From assembly GCA_963724765.1 (NCBI GenBank), contig CAVRVY010000003.1, positions 1 to 64,000 on the forward strand: a stretch of 64,000 nt of DNA. Direction: 5' to 3'. Of the stretch, positions 22,406 through 33,585 are shown in pieces (the stretch's first letter is position 1; each line of letters begins with the position of its first letter). The notes below the pieces were generated by a model. The model worked only from the letters and a program-made list of their open reading frames with translations, did not search any database and was not told the origin of the DNA. Made by a program: the position numbers and the translations under genes. This stretch comes from an uncultured delta proteobacterium (GTDB lineage Bacteria > Desulfobacterota > Binatia > Binatales > Binataceae).

Positions 22406-22954
22406 ATGGCGCTCTTCAAGAACGAAGCCGAGAAGAACGTTGGACCCGAGTCGTCGATGAAACCCCAATCGCCGCCCTCGCAGGGCGTCTCGGTACCGTC
22501 GGCACCCGCCGCCGCGGCCAAGATTGTGCTGCCACGTCAGGCCGCTCATGAGGGTCGCACTTATCTGGCCCACGATTGCAGGGTGAGTGGCAAGCTCAAC
22601 TTCGACGGACCGGCGCAGATAGACGGTCAGATCGACGGCGAGATAGCGGCCAAGGACAGCATCGTGATCGGCGAGGGCGCCGTGGTCACAGCCCAAATCA
22701 CGGCAGCGTCAATCGTCGTAGCGGGCATCGTGAAGGGCGAGGTCACGGCCAGCCAGCGCATCGAGATACGACCCTCGGCCAGAGTCATGGGGAATGTCAT
22801 TTCACCGGTCCTTGTCGTGCATGAGGGTGCGGCGTTCGAAGGCCATTGTGCGGTACAGTCGCACGGAGCGCGGGAGGACCGTAAAGTCACTGTGCTTCCA
22901 AAAGAGGATCGCACTGCGCCTCATTCTGGAGAAAGTCAGAGACAGGCTTCATAG
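22406..22954 (+). CDS. Bactofilin (polymer-forming cytoskeletal protein)
   Basis: IDGQIDGEI..IGEGAVV..GIVKGEV..EGAAFEGHC beta-helix repeats. Confidence 0.88.
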   Translation: MALFKNEAEKNVGPESSMKPQSPPSQGVSVPSAPAAAAKIVLPRQAAHEGRTYLAHDCRVSGKLNFDGPAQIDGQIDGEIAAKDSIVIGEGAVVTAQITAASIVVAGIVKGEVTASQRIEIRPSARVMGNVISPVLVVHEGAAFEGHCAVQSHGAREDRKVTVLPKEDRTAPHSGESQRQAS

Positions 22955-23136
22955 TCCGGCCGACGGGCGATCTCGATCGCCGTGGGGAGACACCGCTCCG
23001 CGTTGGCAACAATGAAGACGAATAGCTGCCGCAACGAGAAAATGCTGAAGATGGGAAGTGCTGAAACGTAGATTGTTGAAAGTCATTAGATGAATGGGAC
23101 GCGATACGCTGGCGTCCATCAAAGGAGGTTGGTGGG

Positions 23137-23694
23137 GTGGGAGCACAAGATCTGGTGAGGCAGGAGCAAGGGGCGAAGATACCAGAGAAGGAAACACTGG
23201 ACGAAAAGCTGCCGGGATTGTTTGAGCCCGACACGCTTTTGCCGGTCCAATACTTCGAGGCGATGCGCCGCAAGCATTTGCTTGAGGGCGAAAAGCGCTT
23301 GGTGCTGAGCGTGCTCGAGGATGCGGTCGAATGCTTTATGAAATGCATCGACTCGTCCACCAACAAGGGCCAACGCCTGTTCCGCGAGGCCGAAGGATGG
23401 ATCAACCTGGAAGACAAGAAGTGGGTGTTCTCCTTCGACAACGTCTGCGAGATGCTGAACGTTAATCCGGAGTACCTGCGCCGCGGATTGCGCGAATGGA
23501 AGATGCGCAAGCTCGACGCGATCGAGCGCGCCCGCATCGTGCGCGCCAAGCAGGCGGCTTTGGCCGCGATACAGCCCGCCGTCGCGGAAGTTGAGGCCCC
23601 GGTGACCAAGGTGGAGATCGTCAAGCCGGTGGCCAAGGCGGCCGCTCCCAAGTCGGTCGCCGCGCCAGCCCCTGGCCGACGCATGCGAGCGTAA
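23137..23694 (+). CDS. Hypothetical protein with Ala/Pro/Lys-rich tail
   Basis: GC3-rich 185-aa ORF with an AAGGAGG upstream; core GEKRLVLSVLEDA..FSFDNVCEMLNVNPEYLR. Confidence 0.75.
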   Translation: MGAQDLVRQEQGAKIPEKETLDEKLPGLFEPDTLLPVQYFEAMRRKHLLEGEKRLVLSVLEDAVECFMKCIDSSTNKGQRLFREAEGWINLEDKKWVFSFDNVCEMLNVNPEYLRRGLREWKMRKLDAIERARIVRAKQAALAAIQPAVAEVEAPVTKVEIVKPVAKAAAPKSVAAPAPGRRMRA

Positions 23695-23829
23695 CTTCGG
23701 CGCCCCCCTATTATCACTTCCATCGCGCCCAGCTGCTCGACGTTGTTTCTGTGGCGGTGCCGGAAGGCGTGCTTCATCTTGACGATCGATGCGTCGGATT
23801 GACCGGGCACGAGGACCGTGTCGAAGTGC

Positions 23830-24143
23830 ACTTGAAGATGCTCAACGTCGAATGCGCCAGAGTCCGAATTCCGTGCCGCTCAAGCTCCTGGCGACTCCGA
23901 TAAAGCTATCGCTGATTTCATCCGGCGAAACTGCGGCACCATCTGTCATCCCGTGGGCACGGCGAAGATGAGGCCGGACTCCGATAAAGAGTCGGTGGTA
24001 GATCAGTACTGCCGCGTCGCGGAGTCGAGGGGCTGCGCGTAGTCGATGCTTCGGTGATGCCTAACATCGTGCGCGCGAACACCAACCTGACGTGCATCAT
24101 GATCGGCGAACGCGTCGCCGACTGGATGCGCGCGCAAGATTAG
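23830..24143 (+). pseudogene. GMC oxidoreductase C-terminal fragment
   Basis: HPVGTAKM and [31 protein letters not shown] read by hand across a frameshift; start approximate. Confidence 0.75.
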
Positions 24144-24419
24144 AGGACGACCATCGCCGCCAACCGGCGACTTCCTGGTTGGGAGCTCGACTCAGAGCGG
24201 GGGGAAACTCGACTTAGCGAAGGACGTTAGCTCACTAGCAAACTGGCGCGGGGGTATCATGGTGATTGGCGCAACGACTGCGCCGGCTGCAACTTCGTCG
24301 AAACGAGATCGAAGAGATACATCCATTACATGTACTCGCACCAACCGACCGCTACGTGCACGTTATTTACCGCCTATCTGGCTTAACCAAGACGGCCAGA
24401 ATCGAACAGGTGATCGCTC

Positions 24420-24800
24420 CGCCGGAAGCTCGCGGCCGCCTTGAACCAACTCCAGGGTCCGGACCCGGCCGAGGGCGTTGTTGAAACCGCCGCCGTTCGC
24501 TTCGTATCCGGCCCCAGCCGCGACTTCCTCTTTCGTGAGAACATCAGGATACACCCGGCTCAGCTGGCCTGCACCCCCGGAAACCCCGCGCTATGAGGTA
24601 GCGTCCGTCTCCTTCCCGTGACGGACAAATACTGCGGAGCAGGTTCAGCGAGGAGCAGATTATCGGCATCTTGCGCGAGAGGAAGCAGGCGCGGCGTGGG
24701 TTGCAGCTCGCCATTGGCGCAAACAGCAGCATGTCCACGGCCTCGCGCAGGCTTGCGAACTCGCCCTCGTTGTCGAGCACGACGGTCTGGATGCCCGCCC
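24420..24800 (-). pseudogene. Fragments of a HerA/DUF87-like ATPase
   Basis: VVLDNEGEFASLRE and AGYEANGGGFNNALGRVRTLEL pieces flank an IS3 remnant. Confidence 0.4.
24570..24697 (+). mobile_element. IS3-family left end and orfA start (remnant)
   Basis: SRFSEEQIIGILRE motif at ~24638-24680. Confidence 0.6.
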
Positions 24801-24945
24801 CGTAACGCGACGCCATCACAACACTTGGATGTACTTCGCGCCTCGCTTTTGCCCGCTGAAGCCTTTGACGCGACATCTCCCAATTGAACGGGTTTCGCCA
24901 CAAACTGGTGTGGTTCGAGCGGCTCGAATTTCTCGCGAATGGCAG

Positions 24946-25341
24946 TCATCGCCGACCGCCGCCCGTGTGACCGTTGCCGAAGCCTCTCATCCCGCCGCCG
25001 AAACCGCCAAAGTGTGAGGATCCCATCGGCTCGTGATGCCGATGCCATCCGCCGGGGAAGTAGTAGACTGGCACAGGATACCAATAAGGCGCAAACCAGA
25101 ACGGATCGATCATGAACGGGTCGTAAGGACCGTAGGACGCGTACATATACGGGCCGTCGTTGCTACCCTGTGCGAGGTAGTCGTCGAGAGACTCGACCGC
25201 GGGCAGGTTCTGACTCTGCGCTTCCGGCGTGCTCTGATTCTGCTGCGTGGAGCATCCCGGCGTGACCATCGCGACTACTACGAAGACCGCTGCCGCAACC
25301 CACCCGCTTAAAATCTGTCTGAGCTTTCGGTGCCGAAACAC
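24946..25341 (-). CDS. Putative lipoprotein with Tyr/Pro- and Gly-rich tail
   Basis: Basic N-terminus, hydrophobic stretch, TPG-C lipobox-like site. Confidence 0.55.
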   Translation of the reverse strand: MFRHRKLRQILSGWVAAAVFVVVAMVTPGCSTQQNQSTPEAQSQNLPAVESLDDYLAQGSNDGPYMYASYGPYDPFMIDPFWFAPYWYPVPVYYFPGGWHRHHEPMGSSHFGGFGGGMRGFGNGHTGGGRR

Positions 25342-25804
25342 ACTGGCCGCCCGATTGAAACGCTAGCCCCGCCCTTGCTCCGAGGCAATGTGGAGACCCT
25401 CTTTGCTCTAGTCATCCGGAATTTTCATTTTCAATCCTGAATCGGATTAGCACCGAAACCGGGCGTTTGGCACCCGATGTTCGAGTGGCTGAAGCTGTCA
25501 GTGCTAAAGCATCAACTGCTGATCCTTCCAATCCCGCGGTAGCGCGAGGCGCCCATCCACCAACATTTGCAGGTTAATCCCAGCGGGCGCGCGACCTGTC
25601 TCTACCAAATATCTCATCTAAAAAAGAATAGAAACAGGTGAAGAAGCCAAGAACGGCCGAGTCGCGATGAAATGACGTGCGCGCAGGCTGAACCATAGGG
25701 CCTGTCGGGTGATCGAGATATACGCATTTCGGATTCGAGGGTCCGCGGACGAAATGGTACCGGCCGCCGCGCGTTCAAATTGTAGAGAAGTAGAATGATG
25801 CTGC

Positions 25805-25895
25805 CAGGCCGCGAGGCGTTCGTAGCGATGATGCAAGCCACCGACTTGCGGGATGGCGATAACCTTGCCGCGTGCGGCTGGCTGGACGGGAGCGA
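25805..25895 (-). mobile_element. IS-B-like transposase 3' fragment
   Basis: VIAIPQVGGLHHRYERLAA matches the C-terminus at 49041-49100. Confidence 0.65.
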
Positions 25896-26119
25896 TTTGC
25901 ACACATCATACTAGCGCTTCTGATGAAACAACGAGGACAGTGTTTTCACTGCGAACGAAGATTCTACTGAATGTCCTCCGAGGCTATAGTAATTGCCCGC
26001 CGTGAACTCGAGGACTACTATCATTTTCGCGACTGCTATATAGCCTGCTGTGACTGTGCCGAACGGATACCGCTCAAAGGTATAGAGGTCGGGGTACCGC
26101 TACCGAGGCGAGGACAACC

Positions 26120-26952
26120 ATGATTTTTAGTCACCGTGGCTTTGAAGTGCGGCAGACCGCCGATACGTCTCTGCGGTTCATAACTCTGATCGCGCCAGCG
26201 GAGCAAGTGATTCAGTGGGCCCACGCCGACAATATCGAAATCGATCGCGAAGGATTTCAGCGAAGCCTTACCGAGTCTAGATGGAAGCAGATCACGAAAT
26301 TCTTTAATTCGGATGTCAACAATGTAATTCCGAGTAGTATTATTATCGCGTTCGATCCCGAAGTTGTGGCAGTGGATGAGGTTGGACACCTGATGCCGGA
26401 CTCTAAGCAGTTTCATCTTGAGCGCCTTGATCATGATAAGCTTGTGAGGATCAGTTTCGGTCACGGCGTTCGGGACAGTTCTTACATAATAGACGGCCAG
26501 CATCGCTTAAAAGGAATGCCTGTCCTCGGTTTCGACGTTAGTGTACCAGTGTCTCTGTTTCTTGAAATGCCGGGCCTGGAACGTGCGTTCCAGTTTATAA
26601 CTATTAATAACAAGTCGCACAGAGTGCCAACAAATAACATAAAAGCGCTCATCGCAAACTTCGAAGCTATCGAAAGCCGATCTTAAGGAGCGACTGACTA
26701 CGGCGTCGATTACGGCTGGTGAGTTCGCCTCTGTAATTGATGTGTTTAATGAGGATGAAGAGAGCCCGTTCTTTGGCTGCGTCGACTGGGTGAATAATCG
26801 GTTTCCAGACACTCCGCGGGTAGTGACGCCTCAAGCAATCGAGAACTCAGTGAAGGCGTTGGAAAAGGCGTTTCGGGAATATCTAAGGGAAGACGACCAG
26901 GATGCCATCGGCAACATGATGGCGGTTATCTGGCGCGCCATTAAAGAGCAGT
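26120..26952 (+). pseudogene. DGQHR-domain (DndB-like) protein, frameshifted and IS-truncated
   Basis: GFQRSL, IIDGQHRL, FITINNK; continues in another frame after ~26675; lower GC; cut by IS-A copy 2. Confidence 0.8.
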
Positions 26953-28050
26953 TGTGCTTAGTCAAAACCTAAACCCTTACATATTGGTGGTGCAGCCCAC
27001 CCAGAATTGAGATGGCTGCGATGGGGCCGAGCTTCTGTGGGCGTCGAAAATCCGGCGCATTCTTGTCCAATGAGAGATGCGTTCGGACCCGATTGTAATA
27101 AGAAGCGTAATTCTTCAGAACGCGACGCAACTGCGCTTCGTCGAACACGACCAAGTGATCGAGGCTTTCGCGCCGGATCGAGCCGATGAGGCGCTCGACG
27201 TGGCCGTTCTGCCACGGTGAACGCGGCGCGGTCGGATGATCGCGGATCCCCATTGCCCGAATGCGATGGGTGTAGGCTGGGCCGAAGGCCCCCGTCGCGG
27301 TCGCGAATCAGGTGACGCGGCGCTTCGTCCCAGGGGAAAGCGTCAGTCACCTGTCCAGCGATCCACTCGGCAGTCGGATTGGTAGTGACGCTGATCGCGA
27401 CTAGTCGCCTGCGGGCGTGACGCAGGATCACCAAGCCGTACAGCAGCTTGAACGAGACGTGGGTACGACGAACAGATCCAGCGAAGCGATGCCGCCAACG
27501 TGATTGCGCAGGAAAGTCTTCCAACCTTGGGACAGTGGTCGGCGGCGCCGGACCATATACCTGCCGACGGTTGATTCAGCGACGTCGATGCCAAGCATCA
27601 ACAATTCGCCGTGGATCCGCGGTGCGCCCCACAGCGGGTTCTCGCGGCTCATCCCCGCCGGATCAGCGCTCGCATCTCGCAATCGATCCTTGGACGGCCG
27701 CCGACGTGGCGGGACTTCCAGCGCCAATAGGCGCGGAAACCGCGTCGGTGCCAGCGGATCACGGTCTCCGGCTGGACGATGGTGATCGCGTCCAGGAGCG
27801 ACGGGTACAGTCGGTACAGCCATACCAACAGCAGGCGATCGATGTTCCACAGTCTTACGCGCGTCGGGAACTTGCGCCGTCGAACTACCAGTTGTTGGCG
27901 CAGGAGGAGATTCTCGGCCTCAAGCCGCGCGCGCCGCGTGAACCGCGACCGGATACCACACAACAGCTGGATCAGAAACGCCACCATCGACCGCTTCATT
28001 ACCACACGACCGCCCGACCGTCATCTCGGATAAGGTTTTCGGGACGCACA
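26953..28050 (-). mobile_element. IS-A copy 2 (multiply frameshifted)
   Basis: Both TGT...ACA ends present; transposase spread over four ORF pieces. Confidence 0.9.
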
Positions 28051-28315
28051 AGTAACTGACTACCCCACACCAGTGTAACACTAATCCTCAACAGTACGCG
28101 GATCAGCGTGGAACAGGTGGCGGGTAGCTTTGTCCTTGGCGGCTCGACTGGCCGTGTTATCGCAAGCATCTGCGACGGATTAAAATATGGATTTCGAAGA
28201 AGATATTCGTCAATTCGTGTTGGCGAACCTCCTTGGCGATCCCAAAGTCGCGCAGGATCTGGCGTATAAAGATGCATATTCGCTTCTCATCATGTATCGA
28301 AATTGGGGATATCGG

Positions 28316-28908
28316 TTAGATTCCGTCGAGCGCGCGGTTGAGATCGAGCACGTTGACTCGCGGCTCCCCGAGAAAGCCAAACTGACGGCCCGTCGTGTGC
28401 TGCGCGATCAAGGCCAGCACCTTGTTGAGCGGCAGGCTACGCGCTTTCGCGACGCGCGGTGCCTGGTAGAGCGCGCCTTCCGGGCTGATGTCTGGATCGA
28501 TCCCGCTCCCGCTCGACGTTACGAGATCCATCGGGACGGGGATCGTCGCGTCGGGATTCTCTTTCTCGAGCGCCTCGATCGTCGCCTTGGTCGAGTCGAT
28601 CAGTCGTTTGGACGTCGGGCCATCGTTCGTGGCGCCGGTCGACGTCGGATCATAGCCGTTCTTCCCGGCGGCCGACGGACGGCCGTGGAAGTACTGCGGC
28701 TTGGTCCACAGCTGGCCGATGATCTCCGAGCCGATCGGCTTGCCGTTCACGGAGACCATCGAGCCATTGGCTTGATGCGGGAGGACGAGCATCGAGATCC
28801 CGGTCATCACCAGGGGATACACGAAGCCAAGTACGATCATGGAGCCGATCGTGAAGATGACGGCCGTGCGCAGGTACGGAGCGTGCTGTCCTTGATTTTC
28901 GAATCCAT
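28316..28908 (-). pseudogene. kdpC: K+-transporting ATPase subunit C, apparent 1-nt frameshift near the N-terminus
   Basis: QANGS, GSEIIGQ, YFHGRPSA, DLVTSSGSGIDPDIS, GEPRVNVLDLN; ATG with GGAGG RBS at 28908 is out of frame (593 nt). Confidence 0.85.
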
Positions 28909-29238
28909 ATACCTCCTACATGCCGATTCGATCGACCGTCACAGCCTGTCACACAGCCGATCACGTAGCGATCGGATGCGTAAAACGCCAGTACGCTCAA
29001 AGGGACGATCCCGATCTCCAACAGCATCTCCGGTGCCTGGCAGTCACAGATCGTACGTCTTCTGGAGCGGCACTCGCCAGACATCCAACGGATGATCCGT
29101 TCGGACGATCCGGTCCGCGAAAGATGGCCCCGGCCTCGGATGGCAGCGACGATGGCGGTCAGAGTTTTCGTCTAACCGATGGATGTCCAAAAAACATGAT
29201 CGTGCTAGCGTCGGTCCCGTGAACCGCTATCGGGCACG

Positions 29239-30939
29239 ATGAGCACCTGCGCACTCGGACAAGCGATCTTCTTTTTTGCAATATTCACATTGCTCGTGAA
29301 GCCGCTGGGCGGCTACATCCTGCGCGTCTTCGCGGGTGAACGCACCTTGCTCTCGGCACTCTTTCGCCCGATCGAGGTCGCGCTCTACCGGCTGGGCCGC
29401 ATCGACCCGAACGAAGAGATGCACTGGACGAGTTACACCTATTCGGTACTCGCGTTCGGGCTGGTCAGCGGGGCCGCGATGTATGTCCTGCTGCGCATGC
29501 AACAGTGGCTACCGCTGAACCCCCAGCAATTCGGAAATATGGCACCCGACCTGGCATGGAACACGGCCGTCAGCTTCATCACGACAACGAATTGGCAGTT
29601 CTACTCGGGCGAGAGCACGCTCAGCTATCTCTCGCAAATGGCCGGTTGCGCCTGGCAAAACTTCATCGCGGCAGCGACGGGATTGGCCGTCGCGATCGCC
29701 TTCATCCGCGGCCTAACCCGCGCAAACGCAACGCGTCTGGGCAATTTCTGGGTCGATCTCGTGCGCGGGACGCTTTACGTCTTGCTCCCGCTGTCCGTCG
29801 TCGGAACGCTGCTCTTCGTCTGGCAGGGGGTCCCGCAGAACTTCAATCACTATGCGGAGGTCACATCGCTCGAGGGGTTCAGGCAAACGATCACGGGCGG
29901 CCCGATGGCCTCGCAGGAGGTTATCAAGCTCCTCGGCGGCAACGGCGGCGGCTTCGTCGCTGCCAACTCCGCCTCGCCGAACGAGAACCCGACACCGCTC
30001 ACCAACCTCTTTGAGCTGTTGGCGATGTTCTTGATCCCCGGCGCCTTGACGTACACCTTCGGCAAGATGGCGGAAAACACACGCCAGGGCTGGATCATAT
30101 TCGGCGCGATGGCACTGCTGTTCGCGGCCGGTTTCGTGACCTCACAGCTTGCGGAAGCGGCGGGGAATCCGCTGATCCACCAGCTCGGCGTGAGTGGCGG
30201 CTATATGGAAGGCAAAGAGGTGCGCTTCGGGATCGACGGCGCCGGACTCTCGCTGACCGTGGCGACCGATTCGGGCGCTGGCGCCTCGAACTTCGCGTAC
30301 GATTCGCTCTCGCCGATTGGCGGCTTCGTCGCGATGGTCAACATGCAGATCGGAGAGATCATCTTCGGTGGCGTCGGAAGCGGCTTGTACGGGATGCTGG
30401 TGCTCGTGGTGCTGACCGTTTTCATCGCTGGCCTCATGGTCGGCCGGACGCCGGAATACCTCGGCAAGAAAATCGAGCGCCGCGAGATCCAATACGTCAT
30501 GCTCGCGGTTCTCGCAGTCCCACTGGTCGTGCTGGTCCCGGCATGCTTCGCCGTCCTCACACCAGTCGGGCTCGCGACGCTGGCGAACGCCGGGCCCCAC
30601 GGCTTCTCGGAGATCATGTACGCGTTCAGCTCGAGTGCGGTTGGGAACGGCAGCGCGTTCGCCGGCTTGGGATCGAACACGTTCTACAATATCGTCCTCG
30701 GGCTTGTGATGTTGGCAGGACGTTACCTGCCGATGATCCCCAGCCTCGCGCTGGCCGGAGCGTTCGCTGCCCAACCGCTGCGGCCGATGACGCAAGGGAC
30801 GTTCAGGACCGACTCCGTACTCTTCATGCTCTTGCTCGTCGGTGTCGCGCTCATCGAATCCGCGTTGATCTTCTTGCCCGCCGACACGCTCGGGCCGATC
30901 AACGAACAGCTTCTCTTGGCGGCGGGAAAGACGTTCTAG
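29239..30939 (+). CDS. kdpA: K+-transporting ATPase subunit A
   Basis: 566 aa; NWQFYSGE, LGNFWVDL, NGGG, MEGKEVRFG, GGVGSG, MVGRTPEYLGKKI, GPHGFSE. Confidence 0.95.
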   Translation: MSTCALGQAIFFFAIFTLLVKPLGGYILRVFAGERTLLSALFRPIEVALYRLGRIDPNEEMHWTSYTYSVLAFGLVSGAAMYVLLRMQQWLPLNPQQFGNMAPDLAWNTAVSFITTTNWQFYSGESTLSYLSQMAGCAWQNFIAAATGLAVAIAFIRGLTRANATRLGNFWVDLVRGTLYVLLPLSVVGTLLFVWQGVPQNFNHYAEVTSLEGFRQTITGGPMASQEVIKLLGGNGGGFVAANSASPNENPTPLTNLFELLAMFLIPGALTYTFGKMAENTRQGWIIFGAMALLFAAGFVTSQLAEAAGNPLIHQLGVSGGYMEGKEVRFGIDGAGLSLTVATDSGAGASNFAYDSLSPIGGFVAMVNMQIGEIIFGGVGSGLYGMLVLVVLTVFIAGLMVGRTPEYLGKKIERREIQYVMLAVLAVPLVVLVPACFAVLTPVGLATLANAGPHGFSEIMYAFSSSAVGNGSAFAGLGSNTFYNIVLGLVMLAGRYLPMIPSLALAGAFAAQPLRPMTQGTFRTDSVLFMLLLVGVALIESALIFLPADTLGPINEQLLLAAGKTF

Positions 30940-31696
30940 CGAACAGAAACGAACGAACGCACGAGTCGAGTAGCGTTCCGCAAAGCGCAAAGAGCACCGT
31001 CTAGTAGCCCGCGCTTTCGTCTGCGCAAGGCGGCGCAACGGAGTCAGCGCGAGCGACGAGCGGCGCGGGCTATCAGCGTACACGGACACTGCCTGGTCCC
31101 AACACTCGGTCCCGAACATCGTCAAGGTGCATGACGCTTGGCGGTCTGACCGGTCAGCAGTCGATTCCCATTTCGCTCCCTCCACCCCGAGTCGCTCGCG
31201 GGTCGTCACTCAAAGATAAAAGCGACTAACGTGTGTTCGGCAATGGCTCCGTTTCGGCGATCCTGCAGCCAAGCCGCTCCTGTGCGCAAAGTCGGAGCTG
31301 CAAGACGCCTTGCTGGATGGAGATTCGTGGCGCAAGCTTATCTACGTTGCTTACTGTATGAGAGGGCGCTATGTTCTTCTCCTTATTGCTGCAGAACCAC
31401 GACTGGCTCTGTGACTTTGATTGTCTCGATCAATTTGTATTTCTGCTGGAGAGCTACGTTGTAATCGCGATGCGGATCGCCTTGCCCTCGTCATAACCCT
31501 GTGCCGCGAAATTCCCGCCTGTGCGCGCCTCCCCTTCGCGGCAGCGATTCAATGAATGGGCAGGCCATTTTGCCCCGGTCGCTCCCAGCGACCCTAAAGC
31601 GCCCTAGAAATGCGCTGCGGGGCGATAGCGCTTTGCAGTTCGTCTCGATGTCGCAAACTTAACCTGATGCTGTCGTCTGACTGTTTACAAATCGGT

Positions 31697-32564
31697 TGTG
31701 CCTCCCGAAAACCTTATCCGGGATGACGCGCGGTCAGGCGTGTGGTAATGAAGCGGCCGATGGTGGCGTTTCTGAGCCAGCTGCTGCTTGCTATCAAGTC
31801 GCGGTTCACGCGGCGAGCGCGGCTTGAGGCCGAGAATCTCCTCCTGCGCCAACAACTGGTAGTTCGACGGCGCAAGTTCCCGACGCGCGTGAGACTGTGG
31901 AACATCGATCGCCTGCTGTTGGTATGGCTGTATCGACTGTACCCATCGCTCCTGGACGCCATCATCATCGTCCAGCCGGAGACCGTGCTCCGCTGGCACC
32001 GACGTGGTTTCCGCGCCTACTGGCGCTGGAAGTCCCGCCACGTCGGCGGCCGGCCACGGATCGATACCGAGCTTCGAGCGCTGATCCGGCGGATGAGCCG
32101 CGAGAACCCGCTGTGGGGCGCACCGCGGATCCACGGCGAATTGTTGATGCTTGGCATCGAAGTCGCTGAATCAACCGTCGGCAGGTATATGGTCCGGCGC
32201 CGCCGACCACCGTCCCAAGGTTGGAGGCCTTTCCTGCGCAATCACGCTGCCGGCATCGCTTCGCTGGATCTGTTCGTCGTACGCACCATCTCGTTCAAGC
32301 TGCTCTACGGTTTGGTGATCCTGCGTCACGCCCGCAGGCGGCTCGTAACAATCAGCGTCACTTCCAATCCGACCACCGAATGGATCGCAGGTCAGGTGAC
32401 GGACGCGTTTCCCTGGGACGAAGCGCCGCGTCACCTGATTCGCGACCGCGACGGGGCCTTCGGCCCAGCCTACACCCAGCGCATTCGGGCAATGGGGATC
32501 CGTGATCATCCGACTGCGCCGCGCTCACCGTGGCAGAACGGCCACGTCGAGCGCCTCATCGGCT
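31697..32564 (+). mobile_element. IS-A copy 3, 3'-truncated
   Basis: Left end TGTGCCTCCCGAAAACCT; open frame 31742-32566 ends abruptly at VERLIG. Confidence 0.88.
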
Positions 32565-33000
32565 GAGAGACCGCCATCCAGCGGCTGCCGGTGATCAGGT
32601 GCGCGACTTCGGAGAGCGAACGATACCGCTTTCCGCGAAACAGTACTCCCCTCTCCAGCACCGTGACCTGATGATCGACACCACCCCATTTGCGAAGCAG
32701 CACGGTACCCGCCGTGAGTTTGCGCACCGGCGCAACTTTCACGGGCCTTCGTGCATGAGCATCATCGTCGGCGACGCGCTCGAGCAGGCGGCGGGTGGAT
32801 GGTTTGAGACCGCCGAGCGCACGTTCTTGCAGCCGATATGCCGCCGCGTATCTCAGCAAATCCGGCTTCATCCGCGCCGGCGCTTCGGTTCCGTATACCG
32901 TCTTCCAACGCACTTTCAGTTCAGTGTTGTTGAGGGCACTGAGCTGTCCGATTTCAGCGATAAGTTTTTGGCGATCAGCCTCTGCGACATGACGCTTCAT
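32565..33000 (-). pseudogene. DUF2924-domain protein, last residues lost
   Basis: AYRLQERALGGL, GTVLLRKWGG..H.V.V, SLSEVAHLITGSRW. Confidence 0.8.
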
Positions 33001-33585
33001 GACTGCCCACCCTCCCGCGCGGGCAGTCACCACACATCGCTCTGTCCCCCATCTAAAGCCAGTCGGAAAGACCCAAGGAGATTCACCTATTCGCGCTGCT
33101 GAGGCGAAGGTATTTGGCTTCGATTCCGTTCCGCTCTTACTTCGGATCGATGGCGGACTTGCCGGGTGTCTTTTAAGCTCGGATTTCGGCTATGGGCCTC
33201 GCCAAAGATTCGCCCGCGCGACGGCGCCAACGGGGGTTGTCGGAACGCTGTCGCCAATCTTAGGCGATTGGGCACCGGGTCAATGAGCGACAGAGAGAAT
33301 TCCGAATTTAAGCCCTTAGGAGAGTCCTTCGATCGTGCTCTCCGGTCCCCATCGAGTTGCAGAAGACCCCGCACGCGCGCGAATTTCGAACAATTCTCCA
33401 GAGAATGCATATCATCAAGAGACTGCGTGGCGGATGACGCAGTCTGATACGAACTAGTCTCTGGGCGAGACGGCAGTTTATGCCATGCGGCGGTTTATGG
33501 GAAAACGTACCGGAGTTTATAAACTGTGCCCGAGTTTATGCCCTCGGGCGAAGGGGACGCGAAGGGCTAAATGGGGCAATTTTGG

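Noticed and set aside
22887-23831. 314-aa minus-strand ORF
   Set aside because: Ser/Arg-rich shadow of the plus-strand gene 23137-23694.
26950-28053. AGT on both sides of IS-A copy 2 as a target duplication
   Set aside because: Only 3 bp, and rejoining the flanks gives an immediate stop rather than restoring the DGQHR gene.
28187-29095. 302-aa plus-strand ORF
   Set aside because: Mostly antisense to kdpC; only the first ~43 AT-rich codons may be a real gene fragment.
30142-31209. 355-aa minus-strand ORF
   Set aside because: Antisense shadow of kdpA with no recognisable motifs.
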